From assembly GCA_947461105.1 (NCBI GenBank), contig CANHIG010000001.1, forward strand, positions 1,974-65,973: a stretch of DNA of 64,000 nt. The letters run 5' to 3'. This document shows, one piece after another, positions 1 to 9,730 of this stretch. The first letter of the stretch is position 1. Each line of letters begins with the position of its first letter. The notes below the pieces were generated by a model. It was not told the DNA's origin. It worked only from the letters and a program-made list of their open reading frames with translations, and did no database searches. A program made the position numbers and the translations under genes. This DNA is from Bacteroidota bacterium. Its GTDB lineage: Bacteria > Bacteroidota > Bacteroidia > Chitinophagales > LD1.

Positions 1-871
1 TTTGATACTCTGTGCCATGACCTTTAATAATATATTGAACACCGAATTCATCGCCCACTTTATCTGCGCGAAGTGCTTTCAACCAATTACCGCTTGCATC
101 AAAAATTTGCGGTATTGATTGTGTTTGATTCCATGCTTCAAGGCTAAGATTTAACTCTTTTGCGGTCTTTGAATTTTTATACCATGCTGCATCCAGATAA
201 GTTTGACGAAGCAACGCAATCACTCCCATCAGCGAAGAAGGGTACTCCTGAGTGGAGCTACCTTTATTAAAGGAATAAAAGGTAGCAGCTCTACTACTAA
301 GCATTACAAAATTTTCTCTGTCATCTGCCAGTGTTACTAATGCGCCTGTGCCTCTTGCAATGCCATCTTTCTGGTGAGAGACCACCGCACCAAAACCATT
401 TTTGCGCATTTCATCTGCCTTATCACTGGTAGTTTTGAACAAGTCCGATGCATTGATATAAGGCTTAATTGCCTGATTCCAGCCATATGCCCCTTTTATG
501 TTTGATTCATACTGTACGCCCTGTTTGTTTTCTTTTTTGACTTCAGAAACTCCATAATCGCTATATAAATCAATGAAAGAAGGATAAATGAGTTTGCCTT
601 TCAAATCATGAACAATAACGCCTTTATATTTCTGCGAAGCTGCTGCTTGAAAAGCAGCTGTGCTTTCAACAATCACAATTTTCCCTTCTTTGACAATTAG
701 TGTTGCGTCTTCTATTTTCTTGTCGTAGCTCACAAAAACAGTAGCATGAATAAAAGCGTGGAAATTTTCGCGGTAATCATCCGGACCGTTTATTTTGAAT
801 GTAGTCTCCTTTTGGGCAGATAAATTCTGAAAAAAGCCAAAAGCAAGCAGCGCAAAAAAGAAATGCTTCAT
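1..871 (-). CDS. Amidohydrolase-family-like secreted protein; the 3' end runs off the window
   Basis: This ORF is absent from the supplied track. My translation from the ATG at 871-869 stays open down to position 1. The N-terminus looks like a signal peptide (MKHFFFALLAFGFFQNLSAQ). Later segments read KGKLIYPSFIDLYSDYG and QYIIKGHGTEYQ, which I recall from Bacteroidota amidohydrolase-family proteins. The family call is from memory only. Confidence 0.5.
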   Translation of the reverse strand, partial: MKHFFFALLAFGFFQNLSAQKETTFKINGPDDYRENFHAFIHATVFVSYDKKIEDATLIVKEGKIVIVESTAAFQAAASQKYKGVIVHDLKGKLIYPSFIDLYSDYGVSEVKKENKQGVQYESNIKGAYGWNQAIKPYINASDLFKTTSDKADEMRKNGFGAVVSHQKDGIARGTGALVTLADDRENFVMLSSRAATFYSFNKGSSTQEYPSSLMGVIALLRQTYLDAAWYKNSKTAKELNLSLEAWNQTQSIPQIFDASGNWLKALRADKVGDEFGVQYIIKGHGTEYQ

Positions 872-917
872 AAGGTTGAAATATGACGCAATTTAGCTTT
901 TTTTCGCAGGGCTAAAA

Positions 918-1721
918 ATGGATATGAAACAACTAATCACAGATTTCAAAGGAGGGCAAATTAACTTTTATATACAAGGTAAAGGCGATATTTTAGTCCT
1001 GCTTCATGGCTACTGTGAAGATGCTTCAATTTGGTTTCAAACAGCAAAAAAGCTTTCTGCAACGCATACTGTCATCATGATTGACCTGCCGGGATTTGGC
1101 AAATCCTCTTTGCTTTCAATGCCAAACAGCATGAGCGATTTAGCTGATACTGTGCTGCATGTGATTAACGAATTGAGTATCCCCTCATTTCATATTATGG
1201 GGCATTCGATGGGCGGTTATGTGGCTCTTGAAGTATTGAATAAACAACCTAAGGTTGTCAAAAGCATCGGGCTAATTCATTCTCATTGCTTTAGGGACAG
1301 CGATGAAAAAATCCGCAACCGCAAAAAATCTATTGACTTTATTAAAAAGCACGGAACAACATTTTTCTTGCAGGAGTTTTATACTAATCTGTTTGCCGAA
1401 AACAATATTGCCTCCTTCACAAAAGTTATTCTGGCAATGCGTAAAAAGTATAAAAATATCAGTGCAGAAGCCATTATTCAAGGTGCCAATGCCATGATTG
1501 AACGGCATGACCTGAGCAAAGTATTGAGTAATTGTAATGTTCCTTTTTTTATGTTTTGCGGTAAAGAAGACACGGCTGTTCATTACTCGCTATCGCTCAA
1601 AATGGCTTCGCTGCCTAGGTTCTGCGACTTTCATCTGCTCGGAGGTGTGGGGCATGTTGGATTTATAGAAGCTGAGCGAAAATGGATGAAGGCTTTGAAG
1701 GATTTCCTGGATTTAATGTAA
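918..1721 (+). CDS. Alpha/beta-fold hydrolase
   Basis: 267-aa ORF with an HG oxyanion region (LVLLHGY), a nucleophile elbow (GHSMGG) and a C-terminal His region (GGVGHVGF). Confidence 0.8.
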   Translation: MDMKQLITDFKGGQINFYIQGKGDILVLLHGYCEDASIWFQTAKKLSATHTVIMIDLPGFGKSSLLSMPNSMSDLADTVLHVINELSIPSFHIMGHSMGGYVALEVLNKQPKVVKSIGLIHSHCFRDSDEKIRNRKKSIDFIKKHGTTFFLQEFYTNLFAENNIASFTKVILAMRKKYKNISAEAIIQGANAMIERHDLSKVLSNCNVPFFMFCGKEDTAVHYSLSLKMASLPRFCDFHLLGGVGHVGFIEAERKWMKALKDFLDLM

Positions 1722-1808
1722 ATGCAAACTTTTCATTTTCTAACGTTCTAATAATCTAATACCTGCTCTATGTGGATTACTTTATTTCGGGGTCTTGTGC
1801 ATCACGTT

Positions 1809-1816
1809 TAACTTTG
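1809..1816 (+). promoter_or_regulatory. Putative Bacteroidota -7 promoter box (TAacTTTG) upstream of rnc
   Basis: TAACTTTG matches the TAnnTTTG consensus exactly and lies 17 nt upstream of the TTG start at 1833. This is a motif match only. Confidence 0.3.
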
Positions 1817-1832
1817 TTGAAAATTTTGACTT

Positions 1833-2549
1833 TTGTCTCTTATTCGCAAAGCATACAATGCCCTTTTTACAGACAACAAAGAATTGTCGAAATTCATAAA
1901 GTCCATAACTGGTATTACACCCTCCAAAATCAAGCTCTATAAGCAGGTTTTCAAACACCGATCAAACTACAGCGACTCTAGAGAAAACAATGAAAGGTTG
2001 GAATTGCTCGGAGACTCTGTACTCGATTTAGTAGTGGTCGAATATCTTTTCAAAAAATATCCATACAGAGAGGAAGGTTTTATTACAGAAATGAAATCGA
2101 AAATTGTGAATCGCAGCTCCCTCAACATAGTCGGTCAGAAATTAGGACTTGTAGATATGCTGAGTTGGAATAAAAAATCATCCGGAGATACCCCTAAAGA
2201 CATTGCCGGCAATACTTTTGAAGCATTAGTAGGAGCTATTTATTTAGATGCGGGTCTGGAAGCTGCCAAGAAGTTTATTTTCAAAAGAGTGCTTCAAAGT
2301 CTTATTGATGTTGATGTTTTGGAAGCTACTGAAACAGATTACAAAAGCAAGATTTTCCATTATGTTCAAAAAAATGGCAAAAAATTAGAGTTTCTAACGG
2401 CCTCTGAATTATCTAAAAACAGACGCACCTATTTTGTAATTCATTTGATTATAGATAATGAGTTAATAGCTGTGGGTGAGGGCTTTAGCAAAAAAATAGC
2501 CGAACAGGCAGCAGCCATGAAAGCGCTTTCCACGGTTAAAGTAGACTAA
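1833..2549 (+). CDS. rnc: Ribonuclease III
   Basis: Carries the RNase III signature ERLELLGDSVLDLVV, the second catalytic segment NTFEALVGAIYLD, and a C-terminal dsRBD-like end (GFSKKIAEQAAAMKAL). The start codon is TTG. Confidence 0.9.
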   Translation: MSLIRKAYNALFTDNKELSKFIKSITGITPSKIKLYKQVFKHRSNYSDSRENNERLELLGDSVLDLVVVEYLFKKYPYREEGFITEMKSKIVNRSSLNIVGQKLGLVDMLSWNKKSSGDTPKDIAGNTFEALVGAIYLDAGLEAAKKFIFKRVLQSLIDVDVLEATETDYKSKIFHYVQKNGKKLEFLTASELSKNRRTYFVIHLIIDNELIAVGEGFSKKIAEQAAAMKALSTVKVD

Positions 2550-2626
2550 AATGGTCGTTCGTGGGAAAAAAACCTTTGTTTATTTGAAAATTTAGCTTTT
2601 ATTCGCCCTGCAAATAATTTAAAATC

Positions 2627-5600
2627 ATGAAAAATTTCTTACTCGCTTCAATCGTAATTTTTTCTTTTTTCACTATGCGTGCCCAAAGTACTATCACAAA
2701 TGGAAGCATGGAGACTTGGACCAATGTAGGCGCTGCAACCGAGGAGCCTCAACAATGGAATAGCAATAAAACAGGCGGTGGCAACGCTGCAACTCCCGGA
2801 CAAACTTGTTTCCGCGAAACAACAAACCCTCATAGTGGCACCTATTGTGCTAAGGTGAAAACTACATCATACATTGGCACAGTAGTAAATGGTGCACTTA
2901 CAACCGGAAAAGTAGAAGCCCCGACTTTTACCAAGGCAGATGGATATATCCGCAATATTGCAGGAGATCCAAACTATGCTATGACTTTCACTGCAAGACC
3001 CGATAGTTTTGTATTTTGGTATCGCTATACTAAAGCCGGTAGTGACTATCCAAAAGTAGAGGCAAGGCTGAATGTAGGTTATGCCTACTCTCCTGAAACT
3101 CCTAGCAATAACAATCATCCTGACAGTACACAGAACATCATAGCAAGAGCATTATGGCAAGGTGCTGCTGCTGATCAAGCAACTTGGGTAAGGATTTCGG
3201 TGCCATTTACTTATGTAGCTGGCGCAGCTGGACAAAGAACCCCTCAATATGTTTTCATAACAAGCACCAGCACCGGTGATCAAGCCGGGGGAACAAGTGG
3301 AAGCACACTTTGGCTAGATGACTTTGAAGCAATTTACAATCCAAAAATTGCTACCAATAGTATAACCCCTAGCACCTATTATGTTTCATCATCAACAGGT
3401 TCTTCTATTTCCGTTCCATTTACCTATAACGGAACATTCCAGGCTGGTAATGTCTTTACAGCTCAGCTCAGTGATGCATCAGGTTCATTTGCTACACCTG
3501 TAGCTATCGGAACAATAAGCTTATCAGCAAGCAATGTTTGGCAACAAACTGCTACAATCAGCGGAACTATTCCGGCAGGGACTGCGACAGGCACAGGCTA
3601 CAGAGTAAGAGTAGTAAGCAATAATCCGGCTGTAACAGGAACTGATAACGGTTCAAATATTACCATCAATTTAGTTTCAAACTCTATTGCACCTTCTACT
3701 ACGCAAACTATCATCACAAATGCAAACGGAACTGTACTAAATGTAACAGAAACAACAGGGTCTAATTCTAGAGAATGGAAATACACTACTACTTCGGGTA
3801 GCGGCTATGGCTCTTTTGGATCTGCACAAACTGCACTAAGCTATACTCCTAATTTTTCATCTTCGGGTACATATTATGTAGTATGTGAAACTACATACCC
3901 TGGAGGTATTTTAGTTCGTAGCAATGAAGTTCAAATAAATGTAATTGGAAATTCAATTGCACCTCCTGCACCTCAGTCCATCTCTCAGGGTTCAAATGGG
4001 ACCATACTAACTGTTACTGAATCACAAACTGCAACATCAAGAGTTTGGAAATATTCAACAACCCAAGGCGGACCTTACAATGTTTTTTCTCCTACAGAAA
4101 CAGGAACTACATACACTCCAAACTTTGCTAATAGCGGTATCTACTATGTTATCTGCGAAAGTACAATGGGAGGATTTCCTGTAAAAAGCAATGAAGTGGT
4201 AATAACTGTAAATGCTGTTAACTTATCTACTGGCGCTATTACTGGTTCACCTTTTGAATTTAGCCCAAGTGCACCAAATACAAATAATGTTACTGTACCA
4301 TATACAACAACTGGTTCCGTTTTCATAAACGGCAATATTTTTACCGCACAGCTTTCAGATGCAAGTGGTTCTTTTTCCTCTGCTACTGCTATTGGAACTG
4401 TAACTGATACAACAACAGGAACTATTTCAGCTATCATTCCATCATCTACACCGGCAGGTACTGCATACAGAATAAGAGTAGTAAGCAGTAACATTGCATT
4501 GAACGGAAGCGATAACGGAACAAATTTAGTTGTTGATCAGTTTAACAACAGCATAAGTCCTTCTACTACTCAATCTATTTTATTTAATACAAACGGAACT
4601 GTATTAAATGTGAATGCTTCTCAAAATGCTACTCATGAGTGGAAGTATAGCACTACAATCGGAGGTGCTTATCAAAGCTTTAATCCTGTGAAAACAGGAA
4701 GTAGCTATACTCCAAACTTCTCTGCCCCGGGCACTTACTATGTAGTTTGCGTTTCGAAAAATCGATACAACGATTATGTAACCAGTAATGAAGTGCAAAT
4801 CATAGTTAATAATGGAAACATACTCACCACTTTGGCTGTTTCAGGTTCTCCTTATTTAGTATCGTCAAAAGCAAATGTTCAGGTGAGCGTTACTTTCAGT
4901 TCAAATGTATACTTCAATCCGGGCAATAGTTTTGCAGTTGAATTATCTGACCAAACAGGTTCTTTTGCCTCTCCTGTATTATTGGGTACTGCATCTGGAA
5001 CCACTGTTGCTCCTCTCACAGTTCAGATTCCAAATAACAGCGTTTATGGCACTCAATACAGAATCAGAGTAGCATCTTCTGATCCTTTATTGTATGGCAC
5101 TGATAACGGAACCAACTTATCTATAATTCCTTTTGAGACATCTGTTGCTCTTCCGGATACACAGCGCTTATATTTGAATGTTGCTGGAACTACTGTTACC
5201 GTTACTGAAAGTCATCCGTCTACTCGTAAATGGCTATACTCGCAGTTCTCAGGTTTTAGCTACAATCCATTCAATCCGGCTGCTACTGGAACTTCATATG
5301 CTCCTAAAGTGAATGCATTGGGTACCTATTATATGATTTGTCGCTCTGTAAATGCTGTGAACGATACTGTTGACTCAAGAGAGATCGTATTGATTGTAAC
5401 CAGAGATACTACAGGAATTGACAACACTACTACTACGATAAAAATGTATACGCAAAGTGGCTATCTGAATATCATCCGTGATGAAGCTAAAGATGAAAAT
5501 TTTGATTTGTATAACATGAACGGACAGCTGGTTTTATCTTCAAGACTGATTGATGCTAACATTAAAATTGATATCAGCAATCTCTCGGATGGAATATATT

Positions 5601-5650
5601 TGTTTGCAATTGGTAACTCCAGAGGAAAAATTAATATATTCGGTAAATAA
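2627..5650 (+). CDS. T9SS-secreted modular repeat protein: N-terminal PCMD-like domain, interleaved repeat modules, type-A C-terminal sorting domain
   Basis: Signal peptide MKNFLLASIVIFSFFTMRAQS. Two internal repeat families are arranged A-B-B-A-B-A-B. The A consensus is FTAQLSDASGSF...YR(V/I)RVVS...DNG(S/T)N. The B consensus is SI(A/S)PSTTQ...NGT(V/I)L(N/T)V...WKYSTT...YTPNF...GTYYVVC...SNEVQI. The C-terminus (DLYNMNGQLVL...LSDGIYLFAI) is typical of a Por/T9SS CTD. Confidence 0.75.
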   Translation: MKNFLLASIVIFSFFTMRAQSTITNGSMETWTNVGAATEEPQQWNSNKTGGGNAATPGQTCFRETTNPHSGTYCAKVKTTSYIGTVVNGALTTGKVEAPTFTKADGYIRNIAGDPNYAMTFTARPDSFVFWYRYTKAGSDYPKVEARLNVGYAYSPETPSNNNHPDSTQNIIARALWQGAAADQATWVRISVPFTYVAGAAGQRTPQYVFITSTSTGDQAGGTSGSTLWLDDFEAIYNPKIATNSITPSTYYVSSSTGSSISVPFTYNGTFQAGNVFTAQLSDASGSFATPVAIGTISLSASNVWQQTATISGTIPAGTATGTGYRVRVVSNNPAVTGTDNGSNITINLVSNSIAPSTTQTIITNANGTVLNVTETTGSNSREWKYTTTSGSGYGSFGSAQTALSYTPNFSSSGTYYVVCETTYPGGILVRSNEVQINVIGNSIAPPAPQSISQGSNGTILTVTESQTATSRVWKYSTTQGGPYNVFSPTETGTTYTPNFANSGIYYVICESTMGGFPVKSNEVVITVNAVNLSTGAITGSPFEFSPSAPNTNNVTVPYTTTGSVFINGNIFTAQLSDASGSFSSATAIGTVTDTTTGTISAIIPSSTPAGTAYRIRVVSSNIALNGSDNGTNLVVDQFNNSISPSTTQSILFNTNGTVLNVNASQNATHEWKYSTTIGGAYQSFNPVKTGSSYTPNFSAPGTYYVVCVSKNRYNDYVTSNEVQIIVNNGNILTTLAVSGSPYLVSSKANVQVSVTFSSNVYFNPGNSFAVELSDQTGSFASPVLLGTASGTTVAPLTVQIPNNSVYGTQYRIRVASSDPLLYGTDNGTNLSIIPFETSVALPDTQRLYLNVAGTTVTVTESHPSTRKWLYSQFSGFSYNPFNPAATGTSYAPKVNALGTYYMICRSVNAVNDTVDSREIVLIVTRDTTGIDNTTTTIKMYTQSGYLNIIRDEAKDENFDLYNMNGQLVLSSRLIDANIKIDISNLSDGIYLFAIGNSRGKINIFGK

Positions 5651-5661
5651 TTAATTTAACC

Positions 5662-6201
5662 ATGAAAAAAGGACTAATAGGATTTGCCGCAATAATGTTG
5701 CTTGTAGCAGGATGCAGTGCATTAAATAAGCTTACTCAGTTTCGTATTCCTTATAGCACAAATTCTTCAATTCCTGCAACACCGGGAGGCACATCGAATA
5801 TTGCTCTGGATATTACTACCCCAAAGGTAAATACTGATATTAACAACCAACTCAAGAAAAACAATACAGATGGTAGCTTGCTGCAAAGTGTGAAGTTGGA
5901 TGAGTTTGTGCTAAACATCACTGCTCCGGCAGGAAAAGAATTTAACTTTTTGAGTTCTATCCGTGTTTTTCTTCAGGCTCAAGGTTTGTCAGAAGTAGAA
6001 GTGGCTTACAAAAACAATGTAGCTGCAATTACCGGTTCCCAATTAACGATGGACTTAACAGGAGCTGAACTCAAAAATCATTTGTTGAAAGATTCTATCA
6101 ATTTCAGAGTAACAGGAGTTTCCGCAGATTCTATTCCTGTGCCTATTGATTTGAAAGCAGACTTCAAAGTATTTGTTGACGCCAAAATTTTGGGCATATA
6201 A
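5662..6201 (+). CDS. Lipoprotein of unknown function
   Basis: Signal peptide with a lipobox (LLVAGCS). It starts 11 nt after the preceding T9SS gene and is followed by a terminator. Confidence 0.6.
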   Translation: MKKGLIGFAAIMLLVAGCSALNKLTQFRIPYSTNSSIPATPGGTSNIALDITTPKVNTDINNQLKKNNTDGSLLQSVKLDEFVLNITAPAGKEFNFLSSIRVFLQAQGLSEVEVAYKNNVAAITGSQLTMDLTGAELKNHLLKDSINFRVTGVSADSIPVPIDLKADFKVFVDAKILGI

Positions 6202-6229
6202 TCTTTGCTTACCAAAACCAAAGCGAAAG

Positions 6230-6262
6230 GAGCCATTGTAGATTTACAGTGGCTCTTTTTTT
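6230..6262 (+). terminator. Rho-independent terminator after the lipoprotein gene
   Basis: A 9-bp stem pairs GAGCCATTG (6230-6238) with CAGTGGCTC (6247-6255), including one G-U pair, around an 8-nt loop. A T7 run follows at 6256-6262. It lies inside the 5' extension of track ORF 6249..7361, which argues for the later ctaA start. Confidence 0.6.
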
Positions 6263-6305
6263 GCAGCTGTGTGAGAGATGTTATAGATTGCACAAAAATT
6301 GTATC

Positions 6306-7361
6306 ATGAGTAATCTTTCGAGAAAAGCAATAGGATACTGGCTCATTCTGGGTGCAGTGATGATTTTCTTACAAGTAATCATTGGCGGCACCACACGCCT
6401 CACCGGCAGCGGCCTTTCTATCACAGAGTGGAAACCTATAGTAGGTACTATTCCTCCTCTCAATGAAGCGCAATGGGAAATAAGATTTCAGGAATATCAG
6501 CAGATAGCACAATATAAAAATCTGAATCAGGATATGAATCTGGATGAATTCAAATTCATTTTCTTTTGGGAATATTTCCATCGTCTTTGGGCGCGGCTTA
6601 TGGGTTTTGCATTTATCATTCCTTTTGCATTTTTCATCTATAAAAAATGGATAGATGCCGCTTTGTTTAAAAAACTTTCCTTGATATTGGTATGGGGAGG
6701 CATGGTGGGATTATACGGCTGGATAATGGTGAAAAACGGACTCACAGGTTTATATGTTCCCCCGATTTTTTTGAGCATTCATCTGATTCTTGCACTTAGC
6801 TTGTTAGCATATTTAATTTGGCTGGCCACTTATTTTTTGTTTTCAAACACTACTAATTCCTCTTCAATTCCTCCAAGTCTAAAAAGCTTTGGAATAGTAA
6901 TAATCGGTTTGCTTTTTATTCAATTGATATTAGGAGGAATAGTTTCGGGCATGAAAGCAGGTTTATCATACCCCACCTGGCCTGATATGAACGGAAAGTT
7001 CTTGCCTGTGATTTTTTCTACAATGTCACCAACACTTTCAGGTATACTTCATTATGACCCAAGCGATGAATGGGGAAGAGCTGCTATACAATTCATACAT
7101 CGCTCAGTAGCATATCTGCTGGTGATTTTAATTGTATACTATTTCATAAAACTAAGAGTCATTGCCGATTCAGGTGCTTTCAAAATCGGAGTGCTTCTTT
7201 TACCATTCAGTATTTTATTACAAGCTACCATTGGCATTCTCACCGTGATAAACTGTCAAGGTTCGATTCCTGTATTTTGGGGCGTATTGCACCAAGCAGG
7301 AGCAATGCTGCTACTGGCAAATCTGATGTTTGTTTCCTTCTTTGTTTTTAGAAAAAGCTAA
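6306..7361 (+). CDS. ctaA: Heme A synthase (COX15/CtaA family)
   Basis: From M20 of the track ORF the sequence reads MSNLSRKAIGYWLILGAVMIFLQVIIGGTTRLTGSGLSITEW, a typical COX15 N-terminus. The protein is polytopic with conserved His-containing helices. The start was moved to 6306 because of the upstream terminator. Confidence 0.8.
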   Translation: MSNLSRKAIGYWLILGAVMIFLQVIIGGTTRLTGSGLSITEWKPIVGTIPPLNEAQWEIRFQEYQQIAQYKNLNQDMNLDEFKFIFFWEYFHRLWARLMGFAFIIPFAFFIYKKWIDAALFKKLSLILVWGGMVGLYGWIMVKNGLTGLYVPPIFLSIHLILALSLLAYLIWLATYFLFSNTTNSSSIPPSLKSFGIVIIGLLFIQLILGGIVSGMKAGLSYPTWPDMNGKFLPVIFSTMSPTLSGILHYDPSDEWGRAAIQFIHRSVAYLLVILIVYYFIKLRVIADSGAFKIGVLLLPFSILLQATIGILTVINCQGSIPVFWGVLHQAGAMLLLANLMFVSFFVFRKS

Positions 7362-7399
7362 TAGGCATTCTTCTTTTCGCCCTTAAGTTTTAATTTAAA

Positions 7400-8641
7400 G
7401 TGATGAAAGGAAATGTCGCAAAACTTAAATCTGTTTTCACAGCAGGAGTAATAGTAGCTGCACTCGGCTATTTTGTAGATATATATGATTTGCTTTTGTT
7501 CAGCATTGTGCGCAAAGCAAGTTTGGAATCCATTGGATATTCAGGAGCAGAGCTCGAAAAATATGGACTCATGCTGATTAACATTCAGATGGTGGGGATG
7601 CTTATAGGTGGTGTATTATGGGGAATGCTTGCCGATAAAAAAGGAAGGCTTTCCGTTTTATTTGGCTCCATTATTCTCTATTCACTCGCAAATATTTTGA
7701 ATGGATTTGTTTATGATATTCCATCCTATGCTATTCTCCGTTTCATTGCGGGCATTGGATTAGCGGGTGAATTGGGAGCAGGAATCACTCTGGTATCCGA
7801 ATCGCTACCTAAAGAAAAAAGAGGATATGGCACTATGATAGTGGCCACCATAGGTGTTTCAGGGGCAGTATTTGCAGGGATCATCAGCCGTTATCTAGAT
7901 TGGCGAAGCTGCTATTTTATAGGTGGTGGATTGGGATTAGCATTACTCGTTTTGAGAATCAGCGTCTACGAATCAGGTATGTTCAAAAAGGTTATGGAGC
8001 AAAAAGTAAAGCGCGGTAATTTCCTTCAATTATTCAGCAACAGAAAAATATTCATGAAATACCTGAACTGTATTTTGATAGGATTCCCTACTTGGTTTAC
8101 GATTGGAATTCTTGTAACATTCTCTCCCGAGTTTTCTACTTTCCTGAATATAAGGGGCACTATAAAAGGTGGCGATGCTATTATGTACACTTATGCAGGA
8201 ATCACGGTTGGCGATTTCCTTTGTGGTCTTTTAAGTCAGCTATTAAAAAGCAGGCGTAAGGCAATTTTTATTTTTCTGATACTCACTGCAATTGGCTTCG
8301 TGATGTATTTCACGGCAGACGGGACTTCGGCAACTTACTTTTACGCCACAATGGTAGTAATGGGAATAGGGACAGGATTCTGGGCGGTGATAGTGACAAA
8401 TGCCGCAGAACAGTTTGGCACAAACATCAGAGGAACAGTAGCCACAACAGTGCCTAACTTCATCAGGGGTTCTCTACCGCTCATGTCCATTGCCTATGCG
8501 TTACTACAATTGCAATTTACTAAATTATTGAGTGCTGAAATTCTTGCCGGAATTATAATTGCCATTTCGCTTTGGTCATTATACCAAAGTGATGAAACCT
8601 ATGGTAAGGATTTAGATTTTGTAGAAACACAAGTGGCATAA
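7400..8641 (+). CDS. MFS transporter
   Basis: About 12 hydrophobic helices and an MFS loop 2-3 signature (GMLADKKGR). The start is GTG at 7400 or ATG at 7403. Confidence 0.8.
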   Translation: MMKGNVAKLKSVFTAGVIVAALGYFVDIYDLLLFSIVRKASLESIGYSGAELEKYGLMLINIQMVGMLIGGVLWGMLADKKGRLSVLFGSIILYSLANILNGFVYDIPSYAILRFIAGIGLAGELGAGITLVSESLPKEKRGYGTMIVATIGVSGAVFAGIISRYLDWRSCYFIGGGLGLALLVLRISVYESGMFKKVMEQKVKRGNFLQLFSNRKIFMKYLNCILIGFPTWFTIGILVTFSPEFSTFLNIRGTIKGGDAIMYTYAGITVGDFLCGLLSQLLKSRRKAIFIFLILTAIGFVMYFTADGTSATYFYATMVVMGIGTGFWAVIVTNAAEQFGTNIRGTVATTVPNFIRGSLPLMSIAYALLQLQFTKLLSAEILAGIIIAISLWSLYQSDETYGKDLDFVETQVA

Positions 8642-8675
8642 AAAAAGATGGTCGCTCAAAATTGAGTGACCATCT
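8641..8675 (-). terminator. Rho-independent terminator for the minus-strand DUF4476 gene
   Basis: A 13-bp stem pairs AGATGGTCGCTCA (8646-8658) with TGAGTGACCATCT (8663-8675), including one G-U pair, around a 4-nt loop. On the minus strand it is followed by T6 (the complement of A6 at 8641-8646). It sits between convergent genes. Confidence 0.55.
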
Positions 8676-8694
8676 TCAAAAATAACCATGAATA

Positions 8695-9630
8695 TTATCT
8701 TACCGACCTGATGTATTCACTCAGTTCTTCTTTGCTGCTGCTAAACCCAAAAACATTATTCACCTTAAAATAATTATTTCTGTCTATAGTGTGTGTATAG
8801 GCAAATTTGGCAAAGTCAAGCTTACTCGCTTCAAACCCAAAGGTATTGCAGATAGAAGCAACTTGGTCAGCACTCACACAGTTTGAACTGATAATTTCTT
8901 TCGCCACAGAAAGTTTAGTTTCATCGAAAGAAGAGTTTTTAATAGTTTCAATAGCGGAAGCAAAGTCATTAGGATTCATTTTATACTGATAACTGCAATC
9001 GCCATAAGCATAAGCATTCGGTCGAGGAGCAGGCTGACCGGAAGCAGGTGTAGAAACAGTTCCTGTAGTAGTAGTCGTGGTGGTAGTCGTAGTAGTTCCA
9101 TTATACAAAGGATCATTGATGCTAATATTCATCCCTACTCCAATTCCTCCTACGTTCACATTTACATTTGACCCGGTATTCACGTTTGTTGTCGTTGTCT
9201 GTACAACAGTTTGTGCAGGTTGCGGATTGCCAAAGTGATAAACCGATACATTAGAAGGCGGAATATAATTTGGCATTACAGGCTGGTTGGAAAAAAAGCG
9301 TAAGGCTTGCTTTCCATTATTTTTATCGGTTTTGATTTTATACACCACCTCCTGCGGCATATTGTCTGCATCGCGAACCATCAAAGCGCTTTTGCTGAGT
9401 TCGCCTAAAGCCTTGTCAGCAAAAATAATTTTAGCCGTATAGTATGGCTGAGTCAGGTCTTCAACTCTGATATTAGTTTGCGCTTCGGTGTTCTGACGCT
9501 CACCATTCAGAATCAGGAAAAATTTGTTGCCATCTTCAGAGAAGATAGTAAGGTTTGAGCCAACCATTGGCTGAGCAAAAGTCAAAGCGGAAATGCTTGC
9601 TGCAATTGCTGATAGTATTATTCGTTTCAT
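8695..9630 (-). CDS. Secreted DUF4476-domain protein with a poly-Thr linker
   Basis: The start was moved to MKRIILSAIAASISALTFAQ, which is a signal peptide. A central T11 tract is present. The C-terminal region (FDETKLSVAKEIISSNCVSADQVASICNTFGFEASKLDFAKFAY) matches my memory of DUF4476. Confidence 0.65.
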   Translation of the reverse strand: MKRIILSAIAASISALTFAQPMVGSNLTIFSEDGNKFFLILNGERQNTEAQTNIRVEDLTQPYYTAKIIFADKALGELSKSALMVRDADNMPQEVVYKIKTDKNNGKQALRFFSNQPVMPNYIPPSNVSVYHFGNPQPAQTVVQTTTTNVNTGSNVNVNVGGIGVGMNISINDPLYNGTTTTTTTTTTTGTVSTPASGQPAPRPNAYAYGDCSYQYKMNPNDFASAIETIKNSSFDETKLSVAKEIISSNCVSADQVASICNTFGFEASKLDFAKFAYTHTIDRNNYFKVNNVFGFSSSKEELSEYIRSVR

Positions 9631-9730
9631 AAAATTGGGTTTTGTTGGAGATGTTTCTAATGTTATACCAAAAGGCAAATTTTAAGTTTTATTTAGAATT
9701 GAATATATACAAAATAATGACTTGAAATGT

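Noticed and set aside
551-577. An amidohydrolase-like protein reads FIDLYSDYG where many amidohydrolases have a D-x-H-x-H metal motif, which could mean a degenerate active site
   Set aside because: I cannot align the sequence reliably without a search, and the gene is truncated by the window edge. The observation is too weak to report as a finding.
6249-6305. N-terminal extension of ctaA suggested by the ORF track
   Set aside because: The extension overlaps a strong terminator hairpin and T-run (6230-6262), and its residues are not COX15-like. The ATG at 6306 gives the canonical N-terminus.
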